From positions 62,001 through 126,000 of the forward strand of contig ADNK01001816.1 in the NCBI GenBank assembly GCA_000320545.1: a DNA stretch of 64,000 nucleotides, written 5' to 3'. The notes below the pieces were generated by a model, which did no database searches, had not been told where the DNA came from, and was given only the letters and a program-made list of their open reading frames with translations. Each line of letters opens with the position of its first letter. The first letter of the stretch is position 1. A program made the position numbers and the translations under genes. This DNA is from Bigelowiella natans CCMP2755 (taxonomy: Eukaryota > Protista > Cercozoa). Shown here piece after piece: positions 40,486-52,816 of this stretch.

Positions 40486-40953
40486 TACAATATATGTGTG
40501 TGTACGATTTTGCATGACTAAATGATTTTAGGCGAATATTTGTACTTAATTGATGATGTCTATCAATCAGCACTCATTGTTATCGTTTCAGATGCTACGA
40601 GTTTGACGAGTCAGAACGAGAGGCCATTTTAGATAAAATCCTCGTCAATGACTTTGTGCGGAGAAAGAAAGTAAGTTTTAATTTATGTGTATATTAAGGG
40701 ATGATGATCATCATCATCATGATGTTTCCGACACAACAATCGATAGATGATATCGCTCTATGAGCTGCTGCTGTAAAATTCCTACATTGGTACATATAAT
40801 AAAATCAATCACTTTCCACCTCAATCTTATTGTTTCAATCAGATCCAAATATTTGGTGATGAGGACAATGACAACGGTAATGTTGGTGAATCTGACGGAA
40901 TTGGTGGTAAAAAGAGAATGGACTATTGGGAAAAAAGGGCAACAATGAGATGA
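35697..40953 (+). CDS. trmH: SpoU/TrmH-family tRNA (Gm18) 2'-O-methyltransferase with bipartite-type leader
   Basis: ARLRSMIKNRQKGIVVVLEHIGNYENAAAVIRSCDAFG|VAEVW (motif 1); NEDFQKKLWSYLTCVLCFPMKGM|VQSLNLSTAAAIFLAEIMRQR (motif 3); final exon ends at TGA 40951-40953. Confidence 0.88.
36201..36382 (+). repeat. 44-bp tandem repeat x4 containing the exon-1 end and GT donor of the TrmH gene
   Basis: Unit cgtgttgacatggcg|gtatgagatatgaattcgtagtagtgtac at 36201, ~36261 (partial), 36299 and 36343. Confidence 0.92.
37967..38127 (+). repeat. Duplicated 3' splice site (..ctactacag|gtagcagagg) in a TrmH intron
   Basis: gcacaacaataacaacacactact...tacaggtagcagagg occurs at ~37967-38024 and ~38065-38127. 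Confidence 0.88.
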
Positions 40954-41367
40954 CAAGTCAATGGGGATTCTGACATTGAACGATAACCGTGCAAATGATG
41001 AAATGTGTATTTTATTGGCACGAATGATAATTGTGATGATTGATGATAAACCACGTCATCTTTGAGAATAAATATTTATGTAAGCACATCGATTGTTGTG
41101 TTTCTGGTGATGCAACCATCATTCCTTTTATTGATGACTATTCAATCAGGCATTGCATGTGCATGTGAGCAAGTAGCATGGGATATGTCCCGCTACTATC
41201 TAGCTATGTATATGCACTATAGCACAATAACGTAACGCTCAATTATGTATGCTAGTATGGCATGCACGTACGCTAGCACGCTAGCACGCACGTACTGCAC
41301 TCACACCTGCAAAATATCGTGAAATGACATCCATAACAGTTTCCTGTTAGCTTCGCAGAATAGCTAC

Positions 41368-41402
41368 CCACCCAGCTTTAGAATCAGAGCTGTACGAACG
41401 CC

Positions 41403-41442
<40 letters not shown>

Positions 41443-41495
41443 CGGATGTAATTCTTCTAACCCACCCAGCTTTAGAATCAGAGCTGTACGAACAC

Positions 41496-41541
<46 letters not shown>
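41368..41541. repeat. Two copies of a ~40-bp unit, each followed by a (TA)n tract
   Basis: cccacccagctttagaatcagagctgtacgaac(g/a)cccaa at ~41367 and 41461. Confidence 0.85.
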
Positions 41542-41543
<2 letters not shown>

Positions 41544-41971
41544 CGGCTGGTGCGGCTTTGCTCGCCACGCGCGTGCTATGCTAGCATGCATAGAGAAAGA
41601 GAACTCTGCTGTTGTCTCTGACTGCACATTTGCCCCACCAAACATCTCTAAATTTGCAAACTTTTTATGAGATTTTCATGTGGAAATATCAACATATGTA
41701 GCCAGGTAGTGCTCTAGCTTCCTAGTATTGATTAAAACAGACATTGACATACGCACACTACTATCGGCAAAGAATTTAATATACATTTCATATTGTGCAT
41801 GGATGTCTTCAACTTCAACACGCATGAGTTTAGAGACGTAGAGAGATCTTTTTATAAGAGAGCTTTGCTCTCTATAACCACATGTCAACTTAAAATAATG
41901 ATGCAAGTTCAGCGTGTGATGAAGGTTGCCATGCGATGTAACTTCATGATGTCCGTAACAACCACTTATTT

Positions 41972-43370
41972 TTAATCTTCAAAAGCTCGTTCAAGGATGA
42001 GAGGGAACAGCTTCATCAGATTAGGAGAATCTCTTTCTAATGCTATCTTTGCCATCACTGCCCTATTGTAATTTTCTCTGTAGAACCTCAACCGCTGTTT
42101 TGAGCTCATGACCGATTCAACGCCACGAAGAGGATTACCATCTAGCTCCAAATCTATTAAGGCTGGGCATGCACCCACGTGGTAAGGAAGCTGCTCGACG
42201 TTGTTGTGAGAAAGATTAATTTGGTAAAGGCTTTTGCACCCGCATATGTCACGAGGAAGACTCTGAACACAGTTTTGTGGAGCTGAGAGAATTTGAAGAG
42301 TAGTGAGCTTGCTGATGGAATCAGGTAGGCTCTCAATGCGATTCTTTCCAAGGGACATTTTCCTGTTAATGAATGAATGTTGTGGCTTGGGTCGTCGATC
42401 GATCAACATGCTGTTTCACCGTCTCAATTTGTACCTTCTTACCCCGCCTCCTCCCAAACCCATCTTACAAATGAATAAGAAACTTGTTAACACAACAAAA
42501 ACCATTAACAAACATGTGTTGTTTCTGTAGAAATTCTTCATCATTATTGGTATGGAACGAAGAACAATATTGCACTACCTAATTGACTTGAGATCTCCAA
42601 CCCCATTTGGAAGTGAAGTAAGGTTATTATTGTCTAGATATAACTCCTCAAGATTCACTAAATTGCCAATGCCGTCTGGTAGACTCTCAAGATAGTTATC
42701 ACAGAGCCATAGCTTTGTCAGACTTTTGGCGTCATAAACCTTGTAAAATAAGTTAATTAATCATCCTAAAATTACAGCAGCACAGTCTTAAATTAACGTG
42801 AGATATCAGTTATACTCAAAAGCGGCTTCCAATGCACCCAGGAAGTTAATTAGTGGCAAGAAAGAGAAATATAGGATAATCGGAAATGCATGCGGCTGAG
42901 GCTGCTGTCGCCATAAGGGCACGCAGGGTGAAGATTTGCTACAATAAATTGCATAGCTGCTAGAAACACCAGTTGTTGTTACACACATCTGGTTCCTCGC
43001 ATAGTAGGAATTTTGTTGATGGAAAAGTAAATACCTGCTTCGGGATAGTATAAAGTTTATTCATGGAAAAGTCGAGCTTTTGGAGGGTTTGGATCCTCCC
43101 AAGGGTGTCGGGTAAACTCTTGAAGCTATTTTCCTGAAGACGCAGCGTTTGCAGGCTTTTCAATTCAGAAATTTGCTTGGGTAAATCAGTAATGTTCTTC
43201 CCCTTTAGATCGAGCTCCTCAACTTGACCAAGCTTCTGCTCTAATGTGATGCCTATCTTTGTTAACCATTCTTGGAGAACTTCACTTGCTGTTGGCTCTG
43301 GAGGTGGGGTTGGCGCTCTATCTTTTTTCTTTTTCTTTTTTTTCCTCTTCTTGAAGCTCATTTTGAACAT
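41972..43370 (-). CDS. Leucine-rich repeat protein
   Basis: Repeated LxxLxLxxNxLxxLP units (LKSLQTLRLQENSFKSLP, LEELYLDNNNLTSLP, LYQINLSHNNVEQLP, LIDLELDGNPL) across four exons; basic N-terminus KKRKKKKKKK. Confidence 0.93.
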
Positions 43371-43930
43371 GGTGCTAGTTTTGGAGAGGGACCAGAGGGA
43401 CCAGACACTCAAGGCGGGAGAGTTTGGTGAATTAGGGGGAGGAGGAGGAGGAGCGCAGATTAGGTTTGAGGTATGAATCTATCTACTACTGATATAGTAG
43501 TAGATCTAGGTAAAAATATTACGATATTATCGGTACGATTTATTAATTTATTTATTCATTACAGGATGGATCAACGACAACAACAACAATACCAATTAAA
43601 AACATGCTAGTAGCTAAAAATATTAGGATATTATTGGTATTAATATCTTACCAGAATGACAATATCGACAACAATAACGACAACAACAACCACAGGCACA
43701 TAATAAGCACACACAAGGAGGAGGAGGAGGAGGAGGCACCACATAGACATCATAGGCGCAAGGAGGGACAAGTGCAGCCACAACACAGCCGTAAGCATCG
43801 ATAAAGCTTCCCACAGGAAACAATTTAGCGATAAGAACACGTCAAACGGTATTAAACGCAAGGTTACTACATCAAAACTACAATCAATAGAGTTGTTTGT
43901 CGGATAGGATAGCACCAGAGCAAGGCTGCA

Positions 43931-44582
43931 ATGGCTCCTGCCAGGTTCAAGAATGTCGTCTTTGGATTTTTCGGGTATATAAGCCTGCGGTCAAAAAAGA
44001 AAGGCAGACACCACCTCGCAAGGAGAAGAAGATTTTGATTACTCCTACATTTTAAATCATTAACCAAAAAAACAACATGTTCGGTAAATCCACACAACCG
44101 CTATCTAACCATTCATTATATCCAGGCTGCTTGTCTCATCGTCCCACATTAACCTGAATCAGCAGCATTTATTGAGTCCTCCTCGTGGATTACTCTTCCA
44201 CAAGAGTGCGATGACAGTAGTAGCGCCAAAAAAAACAACGACGACGATGTCAATGATTTTAGGAAAAACAGATTCTTCAAGTTTTCATCATACCCGGCAC
44301 ACTACTCCTTCCATCCCTCAGCATAGAAGCATCATAAGTACGGACAGAATAGTGAAAGTTCTTGATGCAGCAGCTCAGCAGCAACACCAACCGCCCAAGA
44401 ACAAGGAGGGTAGTTCCTCTTCTCCCCCCCCATCGAGACTCTCAGCGTGGATCCAGGCAATCCGCCCCAAGACGCTTTCTGCTTCCCTTATGCCTGTTCT
44501 CGTAGGTCCGCTAGCAAATATTAGCGGAAAATAACATCACGCTATTTTGGTTTATCCCATGTGATTTTTTCCTCTGATAATA

Positions 44583-44622
<40 letters not shown>

Positions 44623-45798
44623 TGTAGGGCACGCGTTGGCGTGGGAGGAGTACAGATCAGCAGACATCGGTGTTTCCTTTTTGTTTTGGATATTCGCCGT
44701 CCTTACTCAGATCGGAACAAACCTCCACAACGATTATGCTGACTTTGTAAAGGGGGCAGATACGAATCTTCGTGTAGGCCCAGCAAGAGCAACACAAAAG
44801 GGATGGATCCAACCCAAAACCATGGCCAAAGCGTCATCTCTCATCCTCGCTGCTGCCATTGCAGTTGGAATTCAGCTCGTATCGATGGGAGGAGGCCTAC
44901 CAGTAGCCCTGGCCGTATTCGCATGTATCTTCGGCGCGGTAGATTACTTTCACGTTAGCAAGCATGCCATGTCAGCTCCTCGAAGACAACAAACAACATA
45001 TACATGTAGTACTTTTATGAAAATGCTGCTACTAAACCTATAACACCTGATAATACTAATAACACTCAACAACTGCTATTTTTATAAATATTCACTAACC
45101 TTCAGGTCGCATATACAGGAGGCCCTTATCCTCTTGGAGCAATAGGCCTTGGTCACATAAGCATTGCTTATGCAGGGTTGGGGGATGTGTTTACAATGTT
45201 CTACTTTGGGCTGGTTCCTGTTTTGGCCACATACTACCTCAATACGGGATTTATCTCTGCTACAGCAATTGGATTCTCACTCATCATGGGTAGCTTTGCC
45301 AGTGCAATCATCACTGTCAACAACATCCGCGACGTAGAGACCGACAAAGCAATTGGCAAGAAAACCAGTGCGGTTCGATACGGAGTCAAATTTGCAAAAA
45401 GAGAGTACGTGTTGTCAACGACTAGTAACAACATCTCTGATAACAAGAAAGATAACAAGGCTGTAAAACAGCAAAAGGATAGAAATGCACTTCATTCTTA
45501 AATCGCGCAAAGACAAGATTATTGACGAGGGGTAGGGTGCATTTTAAATTAGTATTTTTGGTACTACAGGTATGGAATTTTAATGGTGGCTAGTTTCGCG
45601 CTCCTCCCAGTGATGTGGATGCTATCCCTTATCCCGGCACCATGGATGTTCCCGCTCATTGCTTTCATCATGGCTGATAAAGAGATTAGGGAGGTCTTCC
45701 GATTGGAAGGTGCAAAGGTCAACAACAATGAAGGAAGGCTACAACTTTCATCCAATTCATTATAATGACATCATAGCTCATCATTGCAGCCATTAAGG

Positions 45799-45829
<31 letters not shown>

Positions 45830-46117
45830 AGATGATTCATTCTAGTGTCTCTTTCATCCTTACGAATACTACAACAACTGTTACAGTTAAACAAGTGCTT
45901 GTTCGGAACGGCACGCGTCCAGATAATCTTCACGCTAATTCAACTCTTTGCGATGTACAATGCCGATAGAGTGCGAGAGGTAATTCAACTCTTTGCGATG
46001 TACAATGCCGATAGAGTTCGAGAGGTGGTAACAATGGTACTACGCTTACCTATCAACCAGCGACTATACAATGATGATGTACAATTAGGAACAAGACAAG
46101 TTTCAACTTTAATGTGA
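43931..46117 (+). CDS. menA: 1,4-dihydroxy-2-naphthoate prenyltransferase (MenA, UbiA family) with N-terminal targeting extension
   Basis: WIQAIRPKTLSASLMPVLVG; QIGTNLHNDYADFVKGAD...RVGPARATQKG; AYTGGPYPLG; GLGDVFTMFYFG; VNNIRDVETDKAIGKKTSAVRYG. Confidence 0.93.
45936..46025 (+). repeat. 45-bp tandem duplication in the last MenA exon
   Basis: taattcaactctttgcgatgtacaatgccgatagagt(g/t)cgagagg x2, one mismatch; duplicates IQLFAMYNADRVREV. Confidence 0.95.
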
Positions 46118-46162
46118 ATGAACAATGTTTTATGAACAGGAACCCACAAACAAACACGCATA

Positions 46163-46210
<48 letters not shown>

Positions 46211-47500
46211 GGGGGGGGGGGGGGGGATGAGAGACTTTTTGTTAGGGCGTCCATTGGGTATATGTGTGTTCGGGCACGTGCTCATGTAAAATTGTTGTTG
46301 TTGTTGTTGTAACTTCAACTTTGAATAGGCGTGTTACGATTTCTACGTTCGCATGTTTTTAACCGTGGATCCCCTTCTTGCAATGGGTCTCAAAATGGGA
46401 ATATTCTTTGGTTACATAGCGCACAATCGTAGGCAGAGAGGTCAAGATCCTTTAAATCCTTATGCACGAGGTGATCAAATGGATTGACATATTTTGTACA
46501 TACATACGATACGTACGATCGTCGATTGCCGCATCATTGGACCATGTATCAACCCCGTACGTAGCGTAGTAGTGTGTGAGCAGGGAGCATAGGATATCTT
46601 CTCTACTCTAGTACTGAATAAAGCGAACCGAAAGAATATTTTACTTTGCGCCTAATTTTTTTGTGGCGGTGGCTAGCTAGATATAGTACGCGCTAGCCTA
46701 GCTAGCTAGTAGCGAGTAACGAACTGCGGTGCAATGAGACAAATAGATCGACACGCTAGCACGGCTAGAGGCGCAGATTGATGCGATCCTAATGTCCAAC
46801 TAGCTAGCTACTGCTAGCCACGCGCATATGCTAGCAGCAGGCCGGATATTATCTCGCCCGTCTCTAGCAGCGGTGCCTAGCTAGCTATCTGCGCCCTGCG
46901 CCTATATAGCTAGCTATAGTGCGTAGTCATATAATCTGTCCTAGCCACAGCTAGATAGCTGTACGTACATGTGTATGCTATGTGTGGTTCTGTTCAGCAG
47001 CACAAACTCTATATTTACTAGTTCAGATGTTAAAGCATCGATCGCCCACAATCGTACGATACGTCATGGTATCTGACGGTCCGCAAGCAGCAAGAATATT
47101 CTAGTACGTATTAGGTGTATGTACATACATACTTGCACGCTGTGCATATACTAGCATAACATCATGCGTACATGTATATGTGTGGATGCGCGCTCCTATG
47201 CGACACAACAAAACGCCTTCCCACTATGGTGTGTATACAGTAAAAGTGCCTTAGGGTCTTTGCAGTGAAGTGGTAATAATATACAAACGTCATTTGCCAT
47301 TCGACGAGCATATTCTGCTCTCGAGGAAAAATGGGATGATGGAAGAAAACTAGTCCGAATCCATAGTGTACGTGGTGGGGGTCACAAGTAGCTTCCCGGA
47401 TTCAGATACATCATTAGAAATGCGACATCATTTAAAGCCAGTTTTGTATGGCTCAATTAGGCTGACAATTTTTAATACTCTCTTTCTGAGGCTGAATATA

Positions 47501-48385
47501 TCACTTATTCTTCGCAGCCATTATCTTTTCCCATTTGGCGAACTCCCTTTTATGGCGCTCTTTATCCTCTGAAAGAATATGCGGTGAGGGTAAAATAGAC
47601 GGAACAAAATCAAAGAAGTTTACTGTGCTCCATATCGACGAACGGTGCCTTATCATCCTTGGTCATAACCTTCCACTTTTTACCAAGCTCTTGGAAAATT
47701 TCATTAGCGTTGTAATCTTCAGCAAGCTGATTTGGAAAGAAAAAGGTGATGCAATGCCCTAGATTGAAGATGAAGATCTACCGCTTCTCTTTCTTGGGCA
47801 ACGAAGAAGTTGTAAGCACCGCGGGGTCTTTTTGGTTTCTCGTATTTCTGAGCTTCTATCTTGACCTTTTCGTAACGCTCCTTGTCCTGGTTGCACTCAC
47901 ATTAGACATCGAATAAAAGGGAGGAAGTAATGCCTACTTCTTCAGCCATTTGAGTATATCTCTTTTTCTTCTTTGCAGTCAGTTTATTCCAACGGTCTGC
48001 GAGGAGTTGCATTAGCTTGACAGGCTTAACTTCCTTTTCCTCCTGGGCGACTGCGTAGCACAACCAGCACAACCAGATGACATCAGGGTTAGGCTGAGAG
48101 TATATGACAGGGAGAAACATCATACGTTTTGGACGCTCCTCTTTGCAGAAAAAAATGTATGCTGAACGAGCTCTCTTGGGCCTATTCTGTGTACAGAGAA
48201 AATGGTATTATGATCAGTAAAGAGCAAGGAACATTATGAGGCTGTAAAAGTACTGGATCTTTGACGCCTTTGTTCTTCTTTCCCTTGGTGAAAGCTATTT
48301 CATGACTAACACCGCGACGAGCAAGATAGCGGACCATCTTGACTCGAAGCAGTTGAGTGTCGCCCTTCTTAACGCTCTATGTATG

Positions 48386-48422
<37 letters not shown>

Positions 48423-48655
48423 GAGAGAGAAGGGGGGGGGGGAGATCAGTCAGGGATTATAGAGCAAGGTTTTTGACGTTTCAACGTTCCGGTTATCCCA
48501 AAAAATACTCGTCTTGGACAAAGGATTACATTGGCACCATTTATTTTCAGCGAGAGCAGTGAGTGTGCGATCATTCAACACACAGATAAGTAGCTGTTTA
48601 TTGGAAAAAATAGAAGGTAGTGCTCAGTGCCCACCTTCTTGTTGGAGGAAACCAT
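47501..48655 (-). CDS. Two-HMG-box protein (HMGB/TFAM-like)
   Basis: KDP|NRPKRARSAYIFFCKEERPK|...LLADRWNKLTAKKKKRYTQMAEE|DKERYEK...KPKRPRGAYNFFVAQEREA|...ELGKKWKVMTKDDKAPFVDM...DKERHKREFAKW; stop at 47501-47503. Confidence 0.92.
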
Positions 48656-50210
48656 TCTCTTGGTGAGGCTCTGTAAGGAAGGTGAAGGGGGTGTCATTTT
48701 TCTTCCGTCGGTATGTACATCTCTTTCACTTTTATCTTATAAGGATTAGATTGTAGTATGTATGGGCATGCACATATAGACCAAGTATTATTCGTTAGTA
48801 AGTATTCGTTAGAATTCCAAAGAGTGGAGGCTGCAACAAACTAAATGGTGGACCCGATTGGGTTAGAATATGTGTAGTTGTTGTATGTTTCTTATAGACT
48901 TTTTTGGGTTGTGACAGTTTTAAGTCTGAAAGTCCTTTACCCTCCAATCAAAACCAAGAAACTCTCTCGATAAAATTTGGCCCAACCATTTATAAGACAC
49001 AAGTCAAAACATTAATCCACAAACGGCATTCCATTTTGATTCAGATCTTAGAAACTATAATTATCAATACTATTTTAGTAAACTAGTGTATTAATGAATA
49101 CCGACAAATCCATTAAAATATTTATACCTCTAAATATCCCACATTCAGTAAAGTAGGCATATCTCAAAATCTGGATTCACTTCATTTTAGCGTTCCAGGA
49201 GTTCTACGAACATGTAATTTTAATTTTAAGAGACATAATAATTTAAATATTAGTACTAAATGACCTGTAAAGATTCATAAAATCAAATAAAGACAGATTC
49301 CCGGAAATACACTTGAGCAGCTGTGCCCGTGTTCTTTTTAGGGAACATCAGTAGAATTTTTCAGATCTATAATTTGCCGAATTCTGAGATAAAATTTGTT
49401 TATTAATGTGAGGTTTACTATTATTTTAACCGATACACTTGCCTCAAGTACATTTATCACGTCAATGTCTACATCTTTTCATAGCCTATCGACTTGAAAA
49501 TACAGCTCCATCCTTCACTTGCTCGCCTACCCATCATCGGTCTTTCTTTCCCCTTCTAAAAATTTCCCATCGTTTGCTCAGCCACAACAGACGTTCATGT
49601 ATCTCTACACGAGATAACGACAACATTTTCCCATTGTCTATAACTGGATTGGGCCTTAGCTTTAAATTGAATCAACATCTTTTGAGGAAGGAAAAAAAAT
49701 CAGTCATGTTAACGGGGTATTTTGTTCTCAGAATGTTAGTTCTTAAAATTTCAGCACATTTTTTACCGGTTTTCACGAAATGAGGTTGGTAGAAAAAATT
49801 GAGGATTTTTTCGGGAACAAAACATTCTAGTTCCACTTCGGTGAAAACGCCTCAATGCAGCCTGGATGTGTGTTTGACCGTTAGACACAAAAATGAGTGT
49901 GATGGTCTTGATAGTTAACCGTTGCAACTTTGTGAGATTACGATTGATTTTGGATTTCGTGGAATTTTTCCCTCCATTTTTTGTTTGATGTGTGTGCGTA
50001 TACTCGTATACTCGTACTGCCAAAAAGAACAACATGAGATGGGTTGATTTCCAGGTGGATTTCCCACAGATTTCAGGATTTTTTTTAGGATTATCTGCGG
50101 ATTGACGCACTCATGATCATTATGATCATCAAAATCATCAATTTAGACAATTTCTTACCGCATGTATTATAGTAATTATCATCACCATCATCATCATCAT
50201 CATCATCAAT

Positions 50211-50244
<34 letters not shown>

Positions 50245-50453
50245 CAACCTACGTCGACAGCAGCTCCCTCCCCTCGGTATGGTGCTCACATATTTTCAAG
50301 TAGGGGGGTTAAGAAAGAATACTAATTCCATTACCATCACTACACCCCCCACCCTCCGTCTTTCATAAATCAGATAAAAATGCCTTACTAATGGATTTCA
50401 CGAACAAGAGCACCGTAGAAGCAGTAATTTGAAAGTTACTACTACTTTGAATA

Positions 50454-50912
50454 ATGTCGTTGATACGGAGATTCACTGTCACCATCCTGACTGTGGTAGT
50501 GGTGACAGCTATAGCAGTTAATATTTCGATATCAGCACGGACAAGGATCACACTTACTTCTAGGGCATCCTCCTACTCCTCCGCCTCCTTCTCCTACTGG
50601 AGTAGTGTGAGACAGCAGCACCACATTTCAAATGCTGCTGCTGCTGCATCATCAAAAGCAATACTAGCAATGTGTGGTAGCAGGGAGAGGATGTGCTTCA
50701 GCGTGTTGCAATGGAGGGTGAATACTTCCATTCGATCTCGATCATCTTGCCAAGCATACGAATTTTCGCCAGAAATCTCCGGTAGCAGCTGCCCCGGTCA
50801 ACTGCAGGTGTTTTATTTTCCAGCAGCACACATCTTGCACTGTAATGTATCTCCTGGTATATGCAGTGCATTACTTCCACGTACCCAACAAATATATAGT
50901 TCGTGTGTGGTG

Positions 50913-50948
<36 letters not shown>

Positions 50949-51263
50949 AGCTGCCGCTGCTGCTACAATTACTTCTACTACTACGTACCACTACTATCAC
51001 CACCACCATCAACACTACTACTACTCTACTAACTATACTACTACTACTGGAACTAGCCAAAACATCTGATCCATTGAACCTTTATAAATTGTATTGGAAG
51101 GTTTTCTCTGATCCAGCCAACCTTGATAAATTGTATTGGAAGTCAAGCTATCAGGTGGTCTACATGCTTAGTCGAATGATAATAAGGTGTACTACTGAGT
51201 AATTTGTACGTGCAAAGGTGTATATTATACTACTACCATGTTCATTTTATCTTGGCCTCATGC

Positions 51264-51302
<39 letters not shown>

Positions 51303-52785
51303 TCGGCACACCTGCTCCTCCTCCTCTTATAGACGACCGCACTACTGTTGTTTCGTTATTTGGTGTAGAACTAATAATGCACTACTACTACTACTACTGC
51401 TACTACTACTGTTGTTTCGGGTGTTTGGTGCAGAACCCTGGCCACATGGTTTGGGGTGTGCCGTCCAAACCATGGTAGTCACAAAGAGAGAGAGAGGGGG
51501 GGGGGGAGGGGGGGGGGGAGAAAGAGAATTTAGATAAATTGATGAACATTTGCTGTGTCTTTCAATAGATACTACTACTACCCAGCACTGCACTTGCAAT
51601 GATGCAATGGCATATATAGTCCTCCTCCTCGTCGCCTCGCTGTGTGTACGCTAAGCCAATGAATGAATGAATCAATCGATCATCATTCGTTTTGTTCGTT
51701 CTTGACGTGCTGATAATTAGGTTTAATCCGTTGGAAAACGACATTTGTTGCTGCTTGGAAGAGAATTACGGCAAAGTAGTAGGATTTAAAAAATGGAAGG
51801 AAGGGGGAGGACTACGGCTACCAATGCAATTTGATGATTCATTTTGAACAAGCTAATTTTGTGTACAGATACGCTTGGAGCTTGATAGAGTTTTGGAAGC
51901 TCGAAAAGAATTCAGTATGAATGCAATTATGATTGTTGCGACAAACACAGCACAACTTACCATACTACCAACTAATCAGACACTCTTATATCTCCTATCG
52001 GCTCGAGAGAAGGTGAAGCTTCTTTAGTATCCAAAGGGGGGAAATGGAGCGATTACATATTGCTTGATGATGGAAGTGGACCGACTAAGACGATGACGGC
52101 AGGGTTAGAAGAACAAGTAGAAGTAGTGGTAGAAGTAGTAGAAGATAAAACTAAATCATGACAAAAGGGGCTCAACACAAGCCAGATTATAAACAAAATG
52201 GTTAGTTTTTTGCTTAAATTCCTTGATTGTACGACATCATCATACTACATTACAAATACTCGAGGAGCACTACTACCAGTACTACTACCACCCATTATCA
52301 TGTAAGATGATAATAAACAGAACAATATACACCATTGTTGTTTGTTTGTGCGTTGATAACGAGCAGAAAATATAGCCCAAAAGATTTGTGTCCTTACACG
52401 GTAGTATGTTTGTTTGTACGAGTGACTAATGATGATAATGGGCTAAGACCAACACAATTTCCGTTTGTACGGGGTTTGTTTAATCTTTAGGTAGTGGTAA
52501 TAGTAGTTGTTGTTGTCATACATTTTTTTACGCCATGATGATGATGATGATGATACTTATGCTGTATTGTTTTAGGTTAATATGCTAGAAGGCATGGAAG
52601 AAGTTTCCAATGCAGTATCCAAATCAAAGATTGGGGTACTACTACTGTTACTACCACTACTACTATATAATATATCATGTATCAGTATATTGCTAGTAGT
52701 ACGTATTGAACGATGATTATGAATATTATTTATGTACTGAATGTGCATGGATCCATCATCCATTGACTATACATATCGTTCATTC

Positions 52786-52816
<31 letters not shown>

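Noticed and set aside
47222-47368. CACTA-type MITE (CACTATGG...CCATAGTG)
   Set aside because: The inverted repeat is only 8 bp and the flanking 3-mers (tcc/tac) do not form a target-site duplication.
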